64,000 nucleotides of DNA from Octopus vulgaris. Lineage: Eukaryota. Shown here one piece after another: positions 39,763 to 53,632 of this stretch. The notes below the pieces were generated by a model. It did not search any database. It was not told the DNA's origin and saw only the letters and a list, made by a program, of their open reading frames with translations. The stretch lies in NCBI GenBank assembly GCA_951406725.2, contig OX597815.1:31248001-31312000 (forward strand), given 5' to 3'. The translations under genes were made by a program, and so were the position numbers. How positions within the stretch are numbered: the first letter of the stretch is position 1; every line of letters begins with the position of its first letter.

Positions 39763-40789
39763 GCAAGGACTTTCTTGTAGGGTGTGAGCTTTCTCTACTA
39801 AGAAACAACTATCAGTTCACTTGCAGGTAGTTTTGCAGAACCTATATAATCCTAATTTCACTGGTGATATTATATTTGGGAAAGACATTTGCCCTCACTC
39901 TGTATCTCATTTAATCCCTTTACATCACATTCGTGCTGTTTTTCTACAATTCAAGGTCTTCCTCACAATAATTTTAGATTAATCTGGGGAGGTACGCAAT
40001 AACATTTCATACTTTGCAATACCACTTGTATAGTTTTATGCAAATTTGCAATTTATTATCATACATTCTCGTAATTACTTGCAATAATGAAGCCTTTGAC
40101 TTACGGATCGCTTCAGGGTTATTAGCTTACTGAAGAGTGCCACGTATTTGGATGTATGTATTTAAGTTGATATATACAAATGTATGTACATGATTACGTA
40201 TGCGCATGTATGAATGTTAATGTGTGTGTATGTATGAATGTATGTATGTATTTATGTATGCATATATGAATATATGTGTGCGTGCGGCCATGTATGCATG
40301 TGTGTATGTATTAATATATGTATGCAAGTATAGCGAGATGTTTGTTTTCATTTATCTATTTTGATGTTCCTTGCAGTGTCTAATCAAAAGAGATGGATGA
40401 GTGAAATAAATATCAGAGTCTTACAGTATTTAAACAAAACCTTTGAAGTCCTTATTTCAAGTATTGTTTAGGCGACGTTTGGCTTTGATTTCCAAGGGTC
40501 ACTAAAATTGTGCCAGTGATATGCGAGATGGCTATATTTGCTCAATTTTAATTCTCTATTATGACTAGGCCTCCTTTTATCCATTCCAGAAATCAATAAA
40601 AATCTTAGTAATAAAAGAAGGATGAGTGGTATAAGAACGAAAAGATGAAAGACAAGAAAGAAGGACGAATGGGTGTTAAGACTTAAATTCACAGTATTTC
40701 ATCCACTCTATAAGATTGATTCAGTGTGCCTTAACAGACTATATCAATATTAACTACATCAGCAACAACATCAACATCAGCAGTAACAA

Positions 40790-42570
40790 TAATTTCCAAA
40801 GCAAGTATAAGGCCACAAATTTGGTGAGACTGGGTTTGTCATTTAAATAGAGCCCTGTACTTGACCAATGCTAAATTTTATTGAACCTGGAAGAATGTAC
40901 GGTGAATATCAGTCTCCAGGGGAATCTGAATTCAGAACCTTAAAGAGGCATAAATAAATATCACAAAACATTTTGAACGACGCTCAACAGATTTTACCAC
41001 TCCATCGCCCTTATAATAATTGTTTCTAACATAGGCACAGGGCATGAAGTTCGGGGACGCGGGTGTCAACAGACAATCATATTGACTCCAGCATTTGATT
41101 AGTATTTTATTTTATCGACCCAGAAAAGGTGAAAGGCAAAGCCATCCTCGTGGCAATTTGAACCCGAAATGTAAAAAGTATGAAAAGATACTGCGAAGTC
41201 GACGCTCTGACGGGTTCGCCAATCCACTGTCACCAATGATTATACTAATAAGGCACAAAGACAAAGATTTGAGGTGAGAGGCTGGTTGATTACATGGACC
41301 ACAATGCTTTACTCTTTTACTCTTTTATTTGTTCCTGTCTTTTGACTGCAGCCATGCTGGAGCACCACCTTTACTGTTACTTCATTTTTACGATGCTGAA
41401 TGGATGAAACGAAGTTGACGGGTAGGATTTGAACTCAGAAAAACTACAGGTAGCATTTTTGCTGACGCTTTAATGATTCTGGTAGCTCAAACCTTTCTAC
41501 AATAGGCACAAGGCCTGCAATATGGGGGAGACGATAGTCGATTTCATCGACCCCAGTCGGTAACTGGTACTTATTTCATCGACCCTGAAAAGATGAGAGG
41601 CAAGGTCGACCTCGGCGGAATTTGAACTCAGAAGGTAATAACGAGCTAAATACTGCTAAGCATTTCGTCCAGTGCGCTAATGATTCTGCCAGCTCGCCGC
41701 CTCATTGTCTTTATTAATAATTGTTTTGAAATTTTGGCTCAAACCCAGTAGTTTCCGGGAAATGAAATTAGTCTTCTACATCGATGCTAGTACTTGTCTG
41801 GTACCATATTTTATGAACCACCCCGAAGGGCTGAAGGGCAAAGCTGACCTTCGCGGAATTTGAAATTAGGACCTGAAGAAATACCACATGGTATATTGTT
41901 CAATGCTTTAACGATATTCCAAGCTAGTCAACTTAATATAAATAATAAGAATTTCGGATTTATCTAGTGAGGATAATTTTGAGGGGAGGGAATCGATACG
42001 ACCAACTCCAGCGCTTTAGCCCATGCTGTAGTCAATCATATTGCAGGCCTTGTGCCTATCGTAGAAAGGATTATTAAAGACAGTGAGCTGCCAGAATCAT
42101 TAAAGCGTCAGCAAAATGGATTCGACTATAGTAGTTGGAACCTTGGCAAGGCTTAGTGCCTCTATTGTCCATGAGCGAAGGATAGAGCCAAGCTACTTCT
42201 AACAGTCAAGCCATATAGTCTGTAGACTTTGGTGGGACTGCATCGAATCTATTAGGACAGCTTTGTTGATGAGGAGCTATCAGCACAGACTGAGTCTCTA
42301 TTTTTTCCTCATACCTGCTCATCACATCAGTCACTACGTTGTTTCGCTATGGTCCTGGTGAAATGCATTCGAGCAACCTCTCCACAGTTTATACATATGA
42401 TTGAAGATCGGTATGGACCGCTAGTTTTTGACGCTATAAGTATTGTATCAACCCTTGAAATGATGAAAGGCAAAGTCGACATTGGAAGGATTTGAAACAT
42501 AGTCTTAAACAGCCGACTCAAATATTGCCATACATATTTTTTCCGAAGCTCTGCTGATTCTGCCAGCTCA
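40790..42570 (-). mobile_element. Head-to-tail array of ~6 old SINE-A copies
   Basis: Repeated units aggcac(a)agg...tcgaccc...gaaaggcaaag...atttgaa...cattt...gattctg, all on the minus strand. Confidence 0.75.
42010..42445 (+). repeat. Local copy of the RT segment at 39025-39385
   Basis: gactatagtagttggaaccttggcaaggcttagt...gtttttgacgctataagtat is present twice. Confidence 0.9.
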
Positions 42571-42900
42571 AAATAATGATAACAATGATTTCGTATATAG
42601 ATATAATGATAGATTGATGATAATAATACTAGACACGTTCTTGGTGTTGTTGTTCTCAACGTTGTACTTTGTTTTGTTAAAACTCAAACGTTACAGCAGA
42701 AGAATTTTGAACAATGAATAGACGAGAAACGGAAATAAGATGAATTATGATTCATTCACTTCCGATTCTCTCTCCACTTTCTTGGCAAATAATCAACATA
42801 TTTTCGTATGCATTGGAAAATGTCCACCCGTAAACCGGCTTGGCGTGTGTGCACTTATATACATATATACATACACGCATTCACAAATGTGTGAATGTAA

Positions 42901-42945
<45 letters not shown>

Positions 42946-43039
42946 AGCACATATATATACATACATACACATACACACACATATATACATATATACATGT
43001 ATACATACATACTTACACACACACATTTATATATGTATG

Positions 43040-43088
<49 letters not shown>

Positions 43089-43269
43089 GGAAGCAAATTT
43101 CTATAGCAGTATATTTATGTAACGTGTTATATTTTTTAGTCAGTGTTTCAGAAGTCATTTTGTCTAGCACAATCCATCAAAACTGTCATTGCATATTTAA
43201 TCGGCCTACAACCAACTTAACACTCTACCTACCGGTTTCCTCTCCTGTCTATCAAACTATCTACAAATC

Positions 43270-43367
<98 letters not shown>

Positions 43368-43658
43368 GATCTATCTATCTATCGTTTTATATCGACATTT
43401 TTTCCCTGTCTGCACACATCCTCGTGCAGAAACAAGTCTTTATGTTTCTATTTCGTTTTTCGTGCACCATATTTCTCTTTGCGTTTCAAACATTCTGTTG
43501 CTAACATTACCTGCAACTCTTCAGTTCTAGGCTCGTTACCTTATTATTGATGCTTTTATTGTTACTGTCATCGTCGTTTAGCCTCATATTAACTCTCATT
43601 AAATGGCAGGCCCTTGATTAAAGGAGTTCCAGCTGTCACCCTCACATCACATTTTTCA

Positions 43659-43694
<36 letters not shown>

Positions 43695-43859
43695 TATTTT
43701 GTAATTTCTTTTCTTAAGCCCTTCAAATAACCGTTTACCCGGTTTCAATGCCGAGTAAATTACCTAGATCACTGCATTCCTCTAAATGGGACTTCGGTCC
43801 GTTGCAGTTTTTGAGATGAGGGAACAAGTCAATTACATCAACCACACTGCTTGATTGGC

Positions 43860-44570
43860 ACATTTTTTTATCGGTCCTGAACAGGATTTGAACTTAGAAC
43901 TTATAGAGTCAGAAGAAATGTCGCTAAGCATTTTGTCCGATATGCTTACGATTCTGCCACTTCTCATCATACTTTGTTCGTATTTTAGGGAGAACATTTT
44001 CAAGATGCTCACAAATATTGGTTTCAAATTTTGACATGAGGCCAGTAGCAATTACATCGACCCCCAGTGTTCAACTGGTATTATTTTATTCACCCTGAAA
44101 GGATGGAAGGCAAAGTAGGTCTCAGCAGAATTTGAAATCAGAATCTAGAGCCAGAAGAAATGCCGCTAAGCATTTTGCCCAGAGTGCTAACAATTCTTGC
44201 AGCTCGCCGCCTTAAATATTGGTTTCTAATTTGGCACAGAGCTAGTAATTTCGGGGCAGAAGTTAAGTCGATTACATCGACCCCAAAGCTCAACTGGTAC
44301 CGAAAAGATGGAAGACACAGTCGACCTCGACGGAATTTAAACTCAGAACGTGAATGCCTATTTCTTTACTACTCACAAGGGGCTAAACACAGAGAGGACA
44401 AACAAGGACAAACAAAGGGATTAAGTCGATCACATCGACCCCAGTGCGTAACTGGTACTTAATTTATCGACCCCCGAAACGATGAAAGGCAAAGTCTACC
44501 TCAGAAAGTGAATGCTGCTAAGCATTTTGCCCGGTGTGCTAACAATTTTGCCATCACGCCACCTTAAGAC
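43860..44570 (-). mobile_element. Tandem old SINE-A copies with a young 5'-truncated copy (44358-44500) nested inside
   Basis: TSD ctcagaa(c/a)gtgaatgc flanks the young fragment. Confidence 0.8.
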
Positions 44571-44812
44571 GCTCAGGAATATTAATATGGATATTTTAAA
44601 CCAAATATTCCAAATATTCATCGGCGCAACGAGATAACATTTGCAGTTGTGATACACCATTGTACAGCGATGTTAGGTCTTGGGATCACTATGTTAATCC
44701 TATGTTAGACAGGACTAACAAAAATTCAACATGCTTTACGAGAAAGTAACACTGGATTTATACTACAAAACCAAATATGCTTTTTATTCAATCCAGTCCT
44801 ATATTAGATTCA

Positions 44813-45200
44813 GTGGAGGCGCAATGGCCCAGTGGTTAGGGCAGCGGACTCGCGGTCATAGGATCGCGGTTTCGATTCCCAGACCGGGCGTTGTTAGTGT
44901 TTATTGAGCGAAAACACCTAAAGCTCCACGAGGCTCCGGCAGGGGATGGTGGTGATCCCTGCTGTACTCTTTCACCACAACTTTCTCTCACTCTTACTTC
45001 CTGTTTCTGTTGTACCTGTATTTCAAAGGGCCGGCCTTGTCACTCTCTGTGTCACGCTGAATATCCCCGAGAACTACGTTAAGGGTACACGTGTCTGTGG
45101 AGTGCTCAGCCACTTACACGTTAATTTCACGAGCAGGCTGTTCCGTTGATTCGGATCAACCGGAACCCTCGTCGTCGTAACCGACGGAGTGCTTCCATCC
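44813..45200 (+). mobile_element. SINE-D full length with 12-bp TSD
   Basis: TSD atattagattca at 44801-44812 and 45201-45212; near-identical to 37923-38308. Confidence 0.93.
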
Positions 45201-45611
45201 ATATTAGATTCAATTCATAAATTTAAACCCTTCACCCACAACGGGACGAACTTGTGCCAATTGGTGGAATCAATAAGACTACGCTGTGTAATAGATGTTA
45301 GACTATTGTCAAGGCGGTAGTAGGCAATAATTCAACTACTTTCTGTGATAAGGTAAAGCAATGAATGTTATACTAGTCGATATCAAACTATGTTGTGAGA
45401 GAAGCAGTGTTATGCTCTCTATGCAATAATAAAATCCCTTTTTCTAAAGATAAGGGTTCTGATATTTAACCGCTAATCAATAATTCTTTACGCTGATATT
45501 AGGGGGGGGAATGAATGAAATATTATCAGCATCATCATCGTCATCGTTGCTATCGTTGTTGTTGTTGTTATTGTTGTTATTCAGCAGGTTCAGTTGCAAG
45601 GCTGCAGAGTT

Positions 45612-45765
45612 AGAAGAAGCAGAAGAAGAAGAAGAAGAAGAAGAAGAAGAAGAAGAAGAAGAAGAAGAAGAAGAAGAAGAAGGAGAAGAAGAAGAAGGAG
45701 AAGAAGAAAGAAGAAAAGAAGAAGAAGAAGAAGAAGAAGAAGAAGAAGAAGAAGAAGAAGAAAAA
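45612..45765. repeat. (GAA)n microsatellite
   Basis: Directly visible. Confidence 0.95.
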
Positions 45766-45978
45766 TGAAGGGAAGACATGCATAGATACGCATCCATGCA
45801 CAGGCATATACATACAAATGCACATATGCAACGCGCACAGATATATATATATATATATTTCAAAGAGGACATGTTATGCATGTATAAGTATATGCGCGTG
45901 TGTGTATGTATGCATATAATGTATATATGCTTGTAGGTATAAGTACTTTTACATATTATATATGCGTGTGTGTGTATG

Positions 45979-46047
<69 letters not shown>

Positions 46048-46156
46048 TCATATATGTATATATATATATATATATATGCATGTAATGTGTATGTATATTT
46101 ACATATCATACACACAAACATATATATATATATATATGTATGTATCATGTATGTAC

Positions 46157-46190
<34 letters not shown>

Positions 46191-46296
46191 GCGTGTGTGT
46201 ATGCGTGCCTGTATGTATGTTAGAAAATTTTATAGGTGGTTGTATGTGTGTTTATGCACATATGCATGTATGCATGTATCTATATCTATATCTATA

Positions 46297-46350
<54 letters not shown>

Positions 46351-46489
46351 TGTGTGTCAGAAAGGGAGAGGGGGGAAAAGAGAGAAAATTGTTCGGGATA
46401 TAATTTATTCTTCTCAACTTGTATAGAGTCAATTACATTTGTATCTAGATTGATAACGGTGATGTACCTTTTGGCCTTGTGCTTTCTTG

Positions 46490-46982
46490 CTCCTGTTGTT
46501 GTTATTGTTGTTTGTGCAGCTATTACAGCAGATGCTGCTGCTATGGCAACTCGTGTCGTCCTTCTGAGTATTGTTGCTTGTTTCTTGCTGCCTTTTGTTG
46601 TTGTTTTTGTAATCGTTTTTGTTGCTGTTGTTGTTGCTGCCGTTCTTAATTTTACCCTAGCTTTTGTTAAAACTGTTGTCCTTGTTGTTGTTGTTATTGT
46701 CGTTGATTTTTGCTATTGTTGTTGTTATTGTCGTTGATTTTTGCTATTGTTGTTGTTGTTGTTGGCGTTTAGGATATTATAGTTGTCGTCCTCGTCGTTT
46801 ACTGACGTTGTTGTTATTCTTGTTGTTGTAGTAATAGATGTTGGTGTTGTTAACTCTGTACGACGTCGTGGTTGATTGTGTTACACCGGAAGCTGCAGCC
46901 ATTGCTGTTTGTTGCTGTAGTTCTTGTTGAGAATTCTTGTTGTTGTTGTATTTCTTATTGTAGCTCTTGCTGCTGTTGTTGT

Positions 46983-47016
<34 letters not shown>

Positions 47017-48910
47017 GTTGTTGCTGTTGCTGTTGTATTAAAACGTCGCTGTTGTTACTCTATAAGACCTCATTGTTGATGGTCTTGTGTCGGATGCTGC
47101 TGTGACTGTTTTGTTTATTCGTTTGTTGTTGTTCCATGAGATATTGCTGTTTTCATCGTTGCTATAGAACTGTTCTGGTTCTTGTTTTTGCTACACTCAT
47201 TGCTGCTGCTGCTGCTACTGCTGCTGCTGCTCCGAAGTAGAGATCCTTTCTCGAGAGAAAAGGAAGAACCAAAGATAGCGATCTTTTCTCCACAAGATAC
47301 CCTTCATTTCTCATTTACATATCAGTAACAAGGGAAACAGTGATAGTCTGGGTGGTCGCGTTGTCGGTGGATGTGGTTAGCTGTTTGGGATGGTGGTAGC
47401 AATGGGGGAAGGGGTAGCTGAGATGGTAATATTAGTGGCGGTAGTAGTAAAAGTTGTTAATAGTGCGTTAGTGGGGGGGGGGCTGTTACTCTTACTACTT
47501 GCGGTTGTATTTGTACTAGTGTCAGTTTGAGTGGTAGTAGTGTTGGTGGTATTGGTGGTGGTTGGTGGTGGTGGTGGTGGTGGTGGTGGTGGTGGTGGTG
47601 GTAGTGGTATTGGCGGCGCTGGTGCTCGTAGTTAGTGTCGGTGTTTGTGTAGTGGTAGTACGATGGTTTACACTGTTAGAAATGTTGATGTTGCGGATCG
47701 TATGGTGATGGTGATAGTGGTGATGATGTTGATGTCCTTAGTGGTGTGAATGGTGGGGGTTGAGGTGTGGTGGTTGTAGGATTGATGGTAAAATGGTGGT
47801 TGTAGTGGCTATGATGGTGATGGTTGTGGTAGTGGTGGTTTGGTGGTGGTGGTTTTGGGGCGGTAGTTTTGGTGGTGGTGGTGGTGGTGGTTGTGGTGTG
47901 GTAGATGTTTTAGTGGTGATAGTAGTTGTGGTGGTGGTCGTCGTCGTGGTCATGGAAGATGTGGTTGCTGTGTTTGTGATGGTGGTGGTTTTCTTCATTG
48001 TCGTCATCGTCGTTGTGAGTGGTGGTAGTTGTGGTAGTGATAGCGGTGGTAGTGGTAGGGGTGATGGTCGTCGTCGTCGTCGAGAGTAGTGGTAGTTGTG
48101 GTGATGGTGGAAATGGTGGTAGTGTGGTGCTGGTCGTCGTCGTCGGGGTCATGAGTGGTGGTGCGGTGGTGGCGGTGGGGGGTAGTAGCAGTAGTGGTGG
48201 TGGTAGTAGTAAAAGGTGGTAACGATAATGGCAACGTTGGTAACGGTATGGTTATTTACATGGTAATGATAACGTTATTTATATCGATTGAGCGAAATTA
48301 AGTGATTGGGATGTCATTTCTGTCAGAGTGGTTAAACTGATTTCTGTTTGAGTGTGGTGGGGGAGGGAGAGTAGGCATAGGCGGTGGTGGCGGTAGCGGT
48401 GATGGTAGTGTTAGTGGTGATGGTAGAGGTGGTGGTGGAGGTGATGGTTGTGGTGGTGGTGGTGGTGGTAAGTGTGGCGGCGGTAGTAGTGGTCGTTGTG
48501 CCACAGCGTAGTGGTGCAGACGATATGGTGGAGGTGGTGGTGGTCTTGGTGGTGGTGGTGGTGGTTGCGATGGTGGTAGTGGTGGCGGTGGTGGCGTTGG
48601 TGGCTGTGGTGGCCGTATTGGTGGAGGTGGTGGTGGTTCGGCTGCTGTTGTTGATGTTGATGATGATAATGGTACTGGTGGTGGGGGGGTTGCTGTTGGT
48701 GGTGGTGATGGTGGTGATGATGGTGGTCGTGTCTGCGGCGTTGAACGTGGCGGTGGTAGTTTTACTTCTGCAGCTGATGATGATAATGGCGGTAGTGGCC
48801 GTCGTTGTGGAGGCTTATTGGAGGTGGTGTTAGTAGTGACAGCGATGGTGATGATGGTGATGGTATTGCTTCTATTGCTGCTGTCGTTGGTGGTGGTGGT
48901 GGTGGTGGGG
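46490..48910. repeat. Extended (TTG)n/(TGG)n low-complexity domain
   Basis: About 2.4 kb of degenerate GT-rich triplets with strong strand skew. Confidence 0.9.
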
Positions 48911-49243
48911 AGGGATTGCTAAAGTCCGTGTTTCTCTACTGGCAACAGTTCTTCACCAGTCAAAGCAGTATCTCCTGCAAGTCAGCGAGCAGAGATAGCT
49001 GCAGGAACTGGGATATTTATGATAGCTTGGAGGGAAGATAAAGAGAAACGGGGTGGATGAGGGAAAGAGTGAGAGAGAATATGTAGCGGGAGATTAAGAG
49101 AGAGAGAGAAGGAGAGAGGCCCAACTGAGCGTGACAGTCCACTGTTACATGAATTTCCGGTATTATATGTGTCGTTTGTCACTTTACTGCAACTTTCTGA
49201 TTATATACACACATACACACACACAAGCATTTCTCTCCTTCCT

Positions 49244-49277
<34 letters not shown>

Positions 49278-49374
49278 GCTCTCATAACTCGCTTGGAGAT
49301 TGCAGTGAAATGAAAAGATTTAGTGCATATACAAAGGTATGTTTGTGTGTGTGTGTCACGTTTATTACACACAC

Positions 49375-49407
<33 letters not shown>

Positions 49408-49745
49408 AGGCGCATGGCTCAGTGGTTAGAGCGTCGAGCTTACGATCGTGAGGTTGTGAGCTCGAATCCCAGACCGGGCTGTGTGTTGTGTTCTTGAGCA
49501 AGACACTTTATTTCACGTTGCTCCAGTTCACTCAGCTGTAGAAATGAGTTGCGACGTCACAGGTGCCAAGCTGTATCGGCCCCTTTGCCTTTCCCTTGGA
49601 CAACATCGGTGACGTGGAGAGGGGAGGCCGGTATGCATGGGCGACTGCTGGTATTCCATAAACAACCTTGCCCGGACTTGTGTCTAGGAGGGTAACTTTC
49701 TAGGTGCAATCCCATGGTCATTCATGACCGAAGGGGGTCTTTACC

Positions 49746-49749
<4 letters not shown>
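49408..49749 (+). mobile_element. SINE with family-C-like head and a different tail
   Basis: ggctcagtggttagagcg...ttgagcaagacactttatttcacgttgctccag, then an unrelated tail ending ccatggtcattcatgaccgaagggggtctttaccctt. Inserted in (TA)n. Confidence 0.85.
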
Positions 49750-49797
<48 letters not shown>

Positions 49798-50009
49798 TAC
49801 ATATATGTATATGTATGTATACATGCAGACGTATATATACGTATTTATTTATATGTGTGTGTGTACATATATATATGTTCATATATTTCTATATACACAT
49901 GTATAGATAGATTGATAGATATTAGTGCTAGCAAATTATAAGTCTCTTATAATGAGTGTGTGCATTAGAGCGTGTTTTGTCCCCTATTTTTGTGCATTCG
50001 AAGTCTCAG

Positions 50010-51600
50010 TGTAAGGAAGGATCTAGTTTCTAACTAAATTACAAAGCTCCATCATTGGAATGAAAATACTGTCACATATGGGTGTTCAGAAAAGCCTTGT
50101 ATACTTTTACTGCTCCACTCACATATTGTACCGTAAATCCTCGAGTATAATCCGCATTTTTTTCCCGAAATTTAACGGTCAAAATCCCTCGTGCGTACTA
50201 TATACGAGGTTAAAAATGAAAAATACTTTCTAAGCAATGTCCGAGTCTCTATTTGCTGTCCGGCAATGTTTATTCAGACGCATTTTGTGATGTCGGGTGC
50301 GAAAATACCTTAAGCTAAGCCTGAAAGCAATGAAGTCATAAAATAATCATCTATAACTTGCAGTAAGCAACATTTATTAAAATGAAAGTATTCAGAACAC
50401 AGAATAACATGCGACAAAAACAATTTGCAAACATATTTACATTCCCATATAACAGTTGAGAACATCACCATTATTGTATCACGCATGCGCGGAAGTGTTT
50501 GCTCGACTAGGTGCTGCTGGCTTAATTACGCACGACTCTAATTATTATACACAAGGTTTAGGTTTTTCAGAGGTATAGCCCCCTAAAAATCTTCTGCGTA
50601 TTATACTCAAGGGCGGACTATACTCGAGGATTTACGGTATTTGTAATGTGTGTCTCAGCTGGTTGCTTTCTTTTTCTGAAAATCCTAACTTTTCGAAATT
50701 GTCCCTTAGGCATTCACTAGCAAGACCAAGTGCACCAATTAGTGGCATGCGAGTAAATGTGAGTTTATAATCTGGATATGGAAGGTGAAGGTTTCGTAGA
50801 AGTTGTTAGTAGTTATCTTATGGAACTGCTCCACAAATATTCCATGTGTATTGCTTTACTACAACATCATATTGATTGGTATTGATTTTGGGTCAGTTGC
50901 TCATAACTCCTTCCACAAAAATGTGACATAATCGACATTTTTTGTTGCATGTTGGGCCCTCAGTGCCTTCACTGTCTTTTTGTTTTTCTTGTTTGTTAGC
51001 TATTTTGTTGCAATCTCTTACTCTTGGATTGCAAACACATAGTCTTCATATTCAAGCCTTCGAGAAATATAGTCATGCCTATGGTAAGGCTGGGGTTTCT
51101 CGTTCGGATCTTCCTTGGGGTTTGTTAGCACAGCTGTTTTACGATTGTATGGGATATTGTCAAGAAGAGAGTACTTGTTTAGAAGCTTAGTGTCGACACA
51201 CGCGGTGTTGCTCAAGTCGCTTTTCAGCGGTTGGTTTATGTATTTATTTTGCTGCTGTTTTGCATATGCTATGGCATTCGAAGGCTGTATGTATTAATCC
51301 CAAGCTTCGCTTTCCTTTATCTCTTCTTGGGTATAACCTGTTGATATCACAGTTTCTGTGGAAATTTCCAGCCGGTCAGGCTCTTGTGGGTTTTACTGTC
51401 TATGGAGTAAATTTATTCAACAGATAATTCAAGGATCCCGAATATTGGCATCGTTACTGGTGCTGCAAATGCATTGTGGAATATTGTTTTGCAAAAGTAG
51501 AACTCCGATAGCTATATTTTCTGAGACCAGTGTAATATTCGCCAGTCACTATTTTCGTTCACGGTACCTTCGCATGTTATACATTCATCAATGTCAAGAA
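50010..51600 (-). mobile_element. Decayed R4/Dong-type LINE 3' part, interrupted by a MITE
   Basis: 'RRLEYEDYVFAIQE', a 'RNLHLPYPDYKL...IGALG'-like segment and a 3' UTR motif shared with the other copies. 5' end abuts (TATG)n. Confidence 0.7.
50131..50637. mobile_element. Tc1/mariner/pogo-type MITE with TA TSD
   Basis: TA|ccgtaaatcctcgagtataatccgc ... gcggactatactcgaggatttacgg|TA. Confidence 0.92.
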
Positions 51601-52108
51601 TTATTTGTATGTATGTATGTATGTATGTATGTATGTATGTGTGTATGTATGTACATTTGTATGTATGTATGCATGCATGCATGTATGTATGTATGTATGC
51701 GTGTATGTATGTACGTATGTATGTATGCATGTCTGTATGCATGTATGTATGTATGTATGTAGGTATGCATGCATGCATGCATGTATGTATGTATGTGTGT
51801 GTGTGTATGTATGTATGTATGTACGAATGTATGTATGTATGTATGTATGTATGTATGTATGTATGCATGTATGAGGACTCGATAAATATGAAAATATATT
51901 CATTTTTAAACCTATAATATTTTGAAATATAAAGATGACTAAGACGACAAGACTCTAAAATAGTTACACTGGCTATGAATATTGAAATAAATACATATAT
52001 TTATAAAAAGTTTTTCTAAAATGAATTCGTGTTCTGAGCAGACTCATGTTTAAAATTAAATGCGTGATATCATCGGCAGGAGAGATAGAGAAGGGGAGGG
52101 AGGGAAAT

Positions 52109-52207
<99 letters not shown>

Positions 52208-52524
52208 TAACAGAAAAATGCAGGTTATACACAGACCGGCAAACTGAATTTGAAAACCAGAAATGTTTAGTCGAAATGTCGATATGACATTTATGGTTTT
52301 TATTTCAGAAGAATATTCTATGAGAGTGTTTGACTCTCTGAAATTCGTTGTAAATGTGGCAAGAATACTTGGTGTTTACTGTCTTCTTACAACATGTCCA
52401 GGTGTTGCGTGCTCCGTATTTTTCAGAGAAAATGATTCATAACATCTAGTACTCTGTGTGCGCATGTGTATAGTATATTTAAAATAATGCAGTGGCCTAT
52501 TACTCTAGAGAAGGGGTTCTCAAC

Positions 52525-52965
52525 CATTATTTAATTATACTCTTTTACTCTCTTTACTCCTTTTCACTTGTTTCAGTCATTTGACTGTGGCCATGCTGGA
52601 GCACCGCCTTTAGTTGAGCAAATCGACCCCAGGACTTATTCTTTGTAAGCCTAGTACTTATTCTATCGGTTTCTTTTGCTGAACCGCTAAGTTACAGGGA
52701 CGTAACTCTTAGCATTTTGCCCGGCATGCTAACGATTCTCCCAACACACCGCCTTTGTTATTGTTATAAAAATCCTTTCAACTATAGGCACAAGACCTGA
52801 AATTTAGGAGAAGGGGTGGTCGATTGGTACTTTATCTCATCGAAACCGAAAGAATGAAAGGCAAAGTCGAAGTCGGCGGAATTTGAATTCAGAACGTAAA
52901 GAACGCACGAAATACCGCTAAGCATTTCGTCCAGCGTACTAACGATTCTCCCAGCTTGTCACCTT
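52525..52965 (-). mobile_element. SINE-B 3' fragment adjoining old SINE-A copies
   Basis: ggccatgctggagcaccgcc...gaaccgctaagttac, followed by agcattttgcccggcatgctaacgattct and a further A unit. Confidence 0.75.
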
Positions 52966-52973
52966 TATAATAC

Positions 52974-53050
<77 letters not shown>

Positions 53051-53587
53051 GGCAGTGACTCTCATGGCTTCTGATCTTAACTGATTGGAAGTGTTATCAT
53101 GTACATTGTTTTGTCTTGGTATAAAAGATGGGCTACAGCAAATATTCTGCTCAATACCACAGATTTGCTTGTCACTTGTTTGACCTTAACCAGTTGAGCA
53201 TGTCCCTTAGTGGCTGACGATATGTGCATCTCTGATCACGAGCAGAAGGAGTGGGGGAGCATCATAGCCATGTGTTGAGAGGGATTCTTTGGGGTTTGAA
53301 TAATTCACCTCTGGAAACATGGGTGGTTCTTTCAACATCCTTAAACAACCCTTATTCAGGGACCTTTTGAGCGGGATGGGCTACTCAACCTGAAGAAAAT
53401 TCTAACTGGGCCCCACCTGCAAGGTCATGTGCTGTTTATCTTGATATGAGATCACCATGTCGCGCACATATGGTTGTGATGCATGTGCCTGGTGTACCTT
53501 TATCAGACGGGTAGTCATGATGGGTATATTGGGCTTCGTATATTTTACCCCAGTGTCACTTTGATGGCATGAACTGCTCTCTCACTC
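53051..53587 (+). mobile_element. ~540-bp non-coding interspersed element embedded in (TAA)n
   Basis: Flanked on both sides by (TAA)n; second copy in reverse orientation at 63279-63830. Confidence 0.85.
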
Positions 53588-53599
53588 AATAATAATAAT

Positions 53600-53601
53600 A
53601 A

Positions 53602-53632
<31 letters not shown>

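Larger units (their letters stand above)
37060..40100 (-). mobile_element. Long decayed R4/Dong-type LINE (RT to RLE) broken by later SINEs
   Basis: 39060-39385 gives 'KNYRSMPSFNHMYKLWRGCLNAF...LLINKTVL...SWTIEVLSLAKVP'; 38320-38460 gives 'HNDFSVPVL...IKARKILT'; ~37070-37110 gives 'HGELTRNLQLLY'. Confidence 0.7.

Noticed and set aside
44813-44890. tRNA-like sequences with A and B boxes (also 22247, 37923, 49408)
   Set aside because: They are SINE heads continuing into SINE bodies, several with TSDs; no complete cloverleaf acceptor stem is evident.
47738-48833. Val-rich and Pro/Thr/His-rich ORFs
   Set aside because: They derive from degenerate (TGG)n. The frames are interrupted by stops, and there is no domain or convincing splice structure.
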